In this document: positions 1 to 6,000 of the stretch, piece by piece
Position numbering within the stretch: the first letter of the stretch is position 1
Layout of the letters: each line of letters begins with the position of its first letter
Source: Tolypothrix carrinoi HA7290-LM1
GTDB lineage: Bacteria > Cyanobacteriota > Cyanobacteriia > Cyanobacteriales > Nostocaceae
Length of the DNA stretch: 10,877 nt
Direction: 5' to 3'
NCBI GenBank assembly: GCA_019358935.1
Contig: JAHHIK010000174.1
Coordinates: 1 to 10,877, forward strand
The notes under the pieces: generated by a model
Seen by the model: only the letters and a program-made list of their open reading frames with translations
What the model was told of the DNA's origin: nothing
The model's database searches: none
Position numbers and translations under genes: made by a program

Positions 1-287
1 TTATGCCCCGCTCTGAGGTGGGTTGCTTTTCTAGGCTCGGTTTCACCGTAAGAACACCCCTTTAGCACCAGTGTCAGCCCATAACAGCCGTCTGATTGTG
101 CCCTGTTCCCAGCTTCACCCTCCGAAAACCGAGTTCGGTCAGTGTGGGCAGATAGGGAGTCATACCTGAGTCTGGTAGGTGGGGCTTTCACCCACATCAC
201 ACCGGAAGTTCAAGGTTACTCTAGGATTTCGCCTTGGGTAGCTTATGTACGGACTTATACCGTGATTCAGCGACCAACGAATCGCAC
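1..287 (-). mobile_element. Group II intron, 5' end and most of domain I (continues beyond the left window edge)
   Basis: Minus strand from 287 reads GTGCGATTCGTTGGTCGCTGAATCACGG, matching the GUGYG 5' splice consensus. It begins exactly where an upstream RT reading frame (..TLMRSW) breaks off. ACCTCA at 19..14 is complementary to TGAGGT at -12..-7 of the 5' exon (EBS2/IBS2-like). Confidence 0.85.
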
Positions 288-461
288 ACCAAGACCTCAT
301 CAATGTATGAGTGGAGTTTACGGCATTGCTTGACATCACCACGCCGGGAAGCAGCATAGATGCGATGAGTGCAACTTAAAAACATATCGCTCGGCTTGTC
401 GCCAATTGATTGTTTTCCATCCCTCGGTATTCATTATTGAATCCGAATTAGGCTTATTCAT
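288..461 (-). pseudogene. N-terminal fragment of a group II intron reverse transcriptase/maturase (two frameshifts, interrupted by the inner intron)
   Basis: Hand translation from ATG at 461: MNKPNSDSIMNTEGWKTINWRQAERYVFKL, +1 shift, RIYAASRRGDVKQCRKL, +1 shift, TLMRSW. This fits the RVT_N-type pattern W..INW..(A)E..VFKLQKRIY.AS..GD......LQK.LM.SW of cyanobacterial intron RTs. Not in the ORF track as a single ORF. Confidence 0.85.
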
Positions 462-615
462 GGCTACTTATACCTCTATCTTTCCCACACTGCGGTTCAG
501 GTCTGCTATCCTTTGCAATTACGCCATCCCTTTTTCGGCATTACCCGTTATTTCGGGTTAGGCATTGGCTTGTTGAACCATCTTGCCCCATCGTTGCTTA
601 TGGCTTGACACCTAA
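462..615 (-). mobile_element. Remnant of the outer group II intron ribozyme upstream of its ORF (5'-truncated)
   Basis: Purine-rich non-coding stretch directly upstream of the RT ATG, with a CCCG-AAATAA-CGGG hairpin and GAGG before the ATG. No GTGCG start was found before it merges into transposase-derived DNA. Right boundary is approximate. Confidence 0.6.
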
Positions 616-654
616 GAGCAGTTGCGATCGCAAAACTTTTCCGTAAAGCTGAAA

Positions 655-1272
655 TTACCAAGTTTTAGACTCTCTAGTTGAGATTGACGTAAGTTGATTT
701 GAATTTGACCAAATTTATATGTGAGTCGTTCTATTCGTTTTAGGCGGTGGATTAATTCCCCAATCTTGTGATTGTGCAGGCAGCTGAAAACGAACTAGCA
801 ATTGCGCCACCCAACACGCAATAGTTGACCAGACTAATAGGGTTAATCCTTCAGTTCTACCTAACCACTTTCAAAATGGACATAATCCTTGAATGTTAAA
901 TTTTTTTGGCTCATTTTTCTCATTTTTTGTGATGACATATGGCAGCAGCCACAGTACACAATACATTCCCAACTGTTAATATTTGTCGTTGACGATAACC
1001 ATGTCTTTGGGTTGTTGGTTGCCACCAACTTCTTGTTTGGGTCATCGCTGTATCAAGAGCTTCTTGAGCCAATCGAAAGGTTATATAAAAATAGAGCGAT
1101 ACATTGACCCGCGATCAACAAGCGCTGCGTCTCTAATTTTTTGTTCTCTTTCTTTAATCACTCGTCCATCCCATTCCCGGACATTAGTCAATTCTAAAAG
1201 TTTCGTAACACTTTCTTTAAAATCCTCGCTCTTATTTGGTTAAATCTAAAGTTGCATATATATTTTTTTTAT
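655..1272 (-). pseudogene. ISLre2-like transposase pseudogene, N-terminal part
   Basis: Pieces in shifting frames join into one protein: KKNIYATLDLTK* / EDFKESVTKLLELTNVREWDGRVIKEREQKIRDAALV / IAGQCIALFLYNLS / AQEALDTAMTQTRSWWQPTTQRHGYRQRQILTVGNVL / LPYVITKNEKNEPKKFNIQGLCPF*KWLGRTEGLTLLVWSTIA ... PKRIERLTYKFGQ. It resembles cyanobacterial ISLre2-family transposases from memory. A candidate terminal IR lies ~120 bp upstream. Ends are approximate. Confidence 0.7.
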
Positions 1273-1390
1273 GAAGGTAGGAATTCCCTGTCTCAAAACT
1301 ATTGCTACTCGGTAATTCTACCTTTGTTTCGTGACCGCGAAAAAAGTATAAGAATGATAATTATGCAAAACAGGGGTTTCACAAAAACTA

Positions 1391-1412
1391 GACACTTCTT
1401 CGGATGCGCCTT
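1391..1412 (-). repeat. 22-bp inverted repeat copy 1 (probable ISLre2-like terminal IR upstream of the transposase pseudogene)
   Basis: GACACTTCTTCGGATGCGCCTT is the exact reverse complement of 2116-2137. Confidence 0.75.
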
Positions 1413-1467
1413 CTCGATTCGGAAAGACGCTTTGCGCGTTCATCTGAGGGTGTCGTGGGCGAGTCTT

Positions 1468-1615
1468 CCGTTACATAAATCTTACCCAAAGCTACCCATA
1501 ACTGGACTTTTCTAGACAAAGATAACTTGTACCAATTCAGATCGCTTTAGGTTTCGTTTACTTCCTGTTTCATTCTGGAGATGTCGGCATCAACCAGTCC
1601 ACAGGCTAACATCGT
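1468..1615 (-). mobile_element. IS607-like right end, probable omegaRNA (reRNA) scaffold region downstream of tnpB
   Basis: Follows the tnpB stop (GCCTGTGGACTGG...GAAACAGGAAGTAAAC...) and ends GGGTAGCTTTGGGTAAGATTTATGTAACGG. A terminal GG is typical of IS607 ends. The boundary is inferred, not proven. Confidence 0.6.
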
Positions 1616-1990
1616 CTAACTGACGACTTTTGACAAATTGATTGCCGCGTTCAAGTCACGGTCTATTCTAAAACCACAATGACCACATTCAAATACTCTT
1701 TCATCCAAAGAAAGTGTTTCTTTTTTAGTTCCACAGTTAGAGCAAGTTTTGCTGGATGGAAACCATCGGTCAACCACGACTAGCTTGAAACCATACAATT
1801 CACACTTGTAAGTTAACTGTCTACGGAACTCGAAAAAACTCATATCAGCGATTGCTTTAGCCAGCTTGTAATTAGCCAACATTCCAGATACATTGAGGTC
1901 TTCAATCACTACTGTGCCGTGGTTCTTAGCTAACAGTGTGGTGAGTTTATGCAACGTATCTTTACGGATGTTGGCAATTTTTCTGTGCAG
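1616..1990 (-). pseudogene. tnpB: 5'-truncated TnpB RNA-guided endonuclease (IS607/IS200-605 type), C-terminal third
   Basis: LHRKIANIRKDTLHKLTT...VVIEDLNV (RuvC-II), SSKTCSNCG...FECGHCG (Zn finger), DRDLNAAINL (RuvC-III). In-frame TAG at 2002-2000; RuvC-I and the N-terminal lobe are absent. Confidence 0.93.
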
Positions 1991-1997
1991 TTCTAAA

Positions 1998-2084
1998 CCC
2001 TAAATAAATGGGGGCAGCCTTCAATCCAAATAGTCGTGGGGATTTGTGGATCTACAAAACAAGGCTGCCCCCATTTATTGTGGG
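1998..2084. repeat. Small inverted-repeat element (MITE/REP-like) at the tnpB truncation point
   Basis: AATAAATGGGGGCAGCCTT (2003-2021) and AAGGCTGCCCCCATTTATT (2061-2079) are a perfect 19-bp IR, extendable to 24 bp with 2 mismatches, with a 39-bp spacer. Confidence 0.7.
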
Positions 2085-2115
2085 CATTGCAGGGGTCGAA
2101 GCGGATCTATTAAAA

Positions 2116-2137
2116 AAGGCGCATCCGAAGAAGTGTC
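2116..2137 (+). repeat. 22-bp inverted repeat copy 2 (probable end of a second ISLre2-like element extending rightwards)
   Basis: AAGGCGCATCCGAAGAAGTGTC, exact reverse complement of 1391-1412. Confidence 0.75.
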
Positions 2138-2152
2138 CGGGTGAGCGTCCAA

Positions 2153-2176
2153 GGGAGAGCCTCGCGAGGCTCTCCC
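2153..2176. repeat. Perfect 24-bp palindrome
   Basis: GGGAGAGCCTCG|CGAGGCTCTCCC, with no spacer. Confidence 0.9.
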
Positions 2177-2340
2177 CCCTCCCTCTTCTTCGATTATCAT
2201 TATCAATCAACATTGAAAAATGACAATACAGTAATCTAATCACCTGTATTTGTTCAGTATTAATGCTAATTGACTTGTAAGAAATATTTTTATGTACTGA
2301 AAACAAGGCTCGGCGATCGCTCGTTTTTTATCCGATCTCA

Positions 2341-2385
2341 CAAAATCGCATTGCTCCCATAGCATAGTTATGGGAGTCGATTTTG
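2341..2385. repeat. Interrupted hairpin
   Basis: CAAAATCG (2341-2348) pairs with CGATTTTG (2378-2385); CTCCCATA (2354-2361) pairs with TATGGGAG (2369-2376). Confidence 0.65.
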
Positions 2386-2398
2386 ATAAACTTGCCGC

Positions 2399-2630
2399 GC
2401 TGCCAATCTCTCAATTATTAGAGCGATGCCTTCTCCTGCCAAAGACGCACTCGCGTTCGGCAAGGCTTGTCTGCGACACGCTAGCCTGCGGCTTCTCCAA
2501 CGAAGTACAAAGAACGCCAACGCACTCAATCTACTTCGTCGAAATGGTTATCTTTCCATCACAACGGCTCAAAGATTTCTCTCTAACGATATTGACAAAC
2601 TCCTTATACTTGTGCAATGAAACAACCCTG
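2399..2630 (+). mobile_element. ISAs1-like element 3' remnant: transposase C-terminus plus right terminal IR
   Basis: Removing 2428-2520 gives AANLSIIRAIALNLLRRNGYLSITTAQRFLSNDIDKLLILVQ*, resembling cyanobacterial ISAs1 transposase C-termini. The stop overlaps AATGAAACAACCCTG (2616-2630; CAGGG on the minus strand, an ISAs1-type end), and thioesterase similarity stops exactly there. Confidence 0.7.
2428..2520. repeat. 93-bp composite small dispersed repeat (SDR5-like, nested) inserted in a HIP1 site
   Basis: Flanked by GCGAT (2423-2427) and CGC (2521-2523), which rejoin to GCGATCGC and restore the transposase text IIRAIALN. Confidence 0.75.
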
Positions 2631-2724
2631 CTCCTGCGTAGTCAAAGCAGAAAAGGCGTATCTTCGCTTGCGGATTTGGTTGAAGTTTGACGAGCCAGTT
2701 GTCAACAGACGATGTTCGTACCAC
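2631..2724 (-). pseudogene. Type II (editing) thioesterase, N-terminal ~31 codons only
   Basis: GTG at 2724, 9 bp after the mbtH stop: (M)VRTSSVDNWLVKLQPNPQAKIRLFCFDYAG, matching the RLFCFPYAGG motif of GrsT/RifR-type TEII. The frame runs into the IS end and stops at 2571-2569. Too short for the ORF track. Confidence 0.85.
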
Positions 2725-2733
2725 GATCGATCT

Positions 2734-2958
2734 TTAACTTGATTGTGCTGATTTTTCCATTTGCTGACGCAGGCTAAGTGGTCTCATATCAGTCCACACT
2801 TCCTTTATGTAAGCTAGGCATTCTTCCTTTGTCCCGCTTTTACCAACATCTGTCCAACCAGGAGCGTTTTCCCGCTCACTAGGCCAAATTGAATACTGTT
2901 CTTCGTGATTTACGACAACTTTGTAGATAGTTGTGTCTTCTTGGTCATTCCAACTCAT
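2734..2958 (-). CDS. mbtH: MbtH-like protein (downstream copy)
   Basis: [13 protein letters not shown]...PGW...[18 protein letters not shown] with three conserved Trp; GGAG RBS upstream. Confidence 0.97.
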   Translation of the reverse strand: MSWNDQEDTTIYKVVVNHEEQYSIWPSERENAPGWTDVGKSGTKEECLAYIKEVWTDMRPLSLRQQMEKSAQSS

Positions 2959-3012
2959 AATTACTCCAAAAAAATTGACACTTAGTTTACTTGTGCTAGC
3001 ACAGTTTTGCTA
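2742..3012. repeat. Direct repeat A (mbtH plus upstream intergenic DNA)
   Basis: Aligns to 7492-7763; by hand count 14 mismatches in 217 nt over 2742-2958, with similarity continuing ~55 nt upstream with one indel. Confidence 0.95.
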
Positions 3013-3033
3013 CTCGTTTGCCCTATGATATCG

Positions 3034-6000
3034 CTATCTAGTAATAGCTCCAGGTGCTTTATTTAAAGAATATCCAACTTTATCAATCTGCTGCGGAGCC
3101 TCCAAAAAACCACTACGAATGTAGTATGATAAGTAGGTACTAAGTAATTCAGCGCTTATTTGTGGACAGTTGATAGAGGTTCCTACAAGGTGATCGAGCG
3201 TATTCTGAGTGTCGAACTGTACCTTTACTGAGTTACCATCAGCTGCTTCCTCGTTAAATGTGTGTATTAGTGGATACAATGCATTATCTGGAGAATGTTC
3301 AGCAACCTTCAGCAATTCAGCTCGCCACTTGTCATACGAAATTTGTTGAAGCGAGTAACCAAAAGAGCGAATCCAAGTGACAAGGTTGTTCCAGTAGGCA
3401 GGGTGGGGATTAAAAATATGAAAGGTTTCCCCCAGTGATTTTTTCTGCCTTGATAAATGGATGATAGATTTGCTTGCATAGTCCACAGGAGTCATATCCA
3501 TCATTGTGTTTAGGTCTGGAACACTTCCGAGTTGAATGCAGCCTTTTATCATTCTGGAGATTAAGTCATCTGTCTTACAGATTCCTGTTTGACTGTGTCC
3601 TGATACTCTTCCCGGTCTATAGATACAGACAGGAAGTCCTCTAGTGCGTGCAATTGTTACTAACTTTTCAGCAACCCATTTACTCTGCTGGTAGCCACCA
3701 ACAAGACTACCACCATGATCTAAAGAGTCATTTTCTCGGAATACCCGATCTTTAGTGAAGTCCACTAAGGCAAAAACCGAAAAGGTAGAAATATAATGTA
3801 CAGGCTTCACTTTAATTTGGCTTGCCAATCTCAGGACTTCTTGAGTTCCAAGAACATTAGCTGCCTTAAGTTTAGGGTATGGATCGACGAAATTAACTAA
3901 TGCGCCATTATGATAAATCACATCTATTGTACTTGCCAACAATTGAAATTGTTGATTGGAAAGACCAAAAAGTGGCTGAGATAAATCTCCTATAACTAAG
4001 ATAATTCTGGAACTAAAACATTCATTCCAGAGTGAGTAGAATTCAAGATTTGCTTGTATCTTCTTTTTGCCTTCTTCCACATTAGAGGAGCGTACCAAGC
4101 AATAAATGTCAGCATTGGTCTGCTGTAGGAGTTCATAGAGTAAAAAAGCTCCCAGAAAGCCTGTTGCTCCAGTTAGAAAAATACGTGCTGGCTCTGCGAT
4201 CTGCTCAACGGGTATGTTGGCGGGACGAATTGTATCATCTAAAACAGCTTCTGCATTGAGATCCGTGACAGATATTGTAGCAGGTGGAGTCGGTTTGCAG
4301 TCACGAACATTATCAATGACTTGAGCCATCCCCGCAACTGTAGGTGTTTCGAGCAAAGCGTGTAAGGACAATTTTATTTTGAATGTATTTTGTACGCGGA
4401 AGACCAGTTGAGTAGCTGTAAGGGAATGACCACCAAGGTCAAAGAAATTGTCATTGACACCTACAAGCTCAAGTCGAAGCACTTGAGTCCAGATTTCAGC
4501 CAGTGCCTCCTCGGTTGGTGTGCGGGGAGCTACAAAAGTTTTTTCTAGTTCGGGTTGTGCCGACTCAGGATCTGGTAGTGCCTTGCGGTTCACTTTGCCG
4601 TTGGGCGTCAGTGGTAGGGTATCCAGCACCACGAAAGCACTAGGTACCATGAATTCAGGTAGTTTTTGTTTTAGGAAGGAGCGCAGGTCACTAATTGTGG
4701 GTATCTGCTCTTGATGCGCGACAATGTAGGCTACTAAACGTCGATCGCCTGGAATGTTTTCTTTGGCGATGACCACAGTTTCTCGCACATTTGGGTGTTG
4801 GTTGAGTAAAGCTTCAATTTCTCCCAGTTCAATCCGGTAGCCACGTATTTTCACTTGTTCGTCAACCCGTCCCAGGTACTCTATATTACCATCTGCCAGG
4901 TAGCGAACCAAGTCCCCAGTTTTATACAAGCGTTCCCCAGCCTTGTTGTTAAAAAAGTTGAGAATGAACTTTTCAGATGTAAGTTCTGGTCGATTGAGAT
5001 AACCACGGGCTAAAGATACACCACCGATGTGTAGTTCTCCAGGAACTCCCACAGGAACTGGCTTTTCGTGTTTGTCTAAAATGTAAAATTGCGTGTTGGC
5101 AATTGGGCGACCGATAGAGACGATGCCGTCAGCTGAAGAAGCACTGTTGAGAGTCTCTACCTTGTGGACAGCTGACCAAATGGTGGTTTCTGTAGGACCG
5201 TATAGGTTCCACAGTTGGGTGTCCCGTTCAAGCAACTGATTGGCGAGTTCGCGCTTGAGTGCTTCACCCCCGCAGAGAATTTTCAATTGCCTACTGTCCT
5301 GCCATCCTGATGCTAGAAGCATCCGCCAAGTTGCTGGAGTGGCTTGCATAATTGTAGCACCGGAGGATGACAGACGCTTTAATAACTCGGTTCCATCAGT
5401 AGCAACTTCGCGGCTGACTACGACTAAACTCGCTCCCACAATCAGCGGTAGGTACAATTCCAGTGCGGCAATATCAAAAGATAATGTGGTAACTGATAGG
5501 AGGATATCTCTCTGGTTTAGTTCTAGAGTAAGGCGCATGGCATTTAAGAAGTTAACCAAAGCACCATGCAGAATTTGAACTCCTTTTGGTTTGCCAGTGG
5601 AGCCGCTCGTGTAAATTACGTAAGCCAAGTCTTCGGGTGTTACCTTGCTGTACGGATTGCCTTCGCTTTCTTGAGCAATCTCTTGCCAGTCGGCATCCAA
5701 GCATACTACCTTAGCTTTATGTTCCGGCAATGTTGCCATCAACCGCTCTTGGGTTAGCAGCACTGGCACACTAGCATCTTCTAGCATAAATGTCAAGCGA
5801 TCGCGTGGGTAGGCAGGGTCTAACGGCATATACGCTCCACCCGCCTTGAGAATGCCCAGCAGTCCCACAACCATTTCTAGCGATCGCTCTACGCACAGAC
5901 CAACCAACACTTCCGGTTCCACACCTAATCTCTGTAGGTGGTGCGCTAATTGATTTGCTTTTGTATTAAGCTCGCGGTAGGTGAGTTGCTTGTCTTCAAA

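Noticed and set aside
171..176. ACCAGA (minus strand) as EBS1 pairing with CTTGGT
   Set aside because: Imperfect pairing, only ~110 nt from the 5' end and upstream of the EBS2 candidate, so in the wrong position and order.
142..357. ORFs 142..333 (+) and 160..357 (-) as genes
   Set aside because: They overlie intron RNA; only TLMRSW of the minus ORF is real RT sequence.
889..1515. Plus-strand ORFs 889..1107, 983..1243 and 1252..1515
   Set aside because: Antisense shadows of the transposase pseudogene and IS end, with no recognisable motifs.
1400..2400. CRISPR array or Cas12-like system around tnpB
   Set aside because: No regularly spaced direct repeats; the repeats are inverted and the nuclease is a fragment.
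2008..2690. ORFs 2008..2223, 2052..2306 and 2370..2690 as small proteins
   Set aside because: They run across junctions of unrelated repeats and IS pieces; only the tail of 2426..2620 reflects a real transposase.
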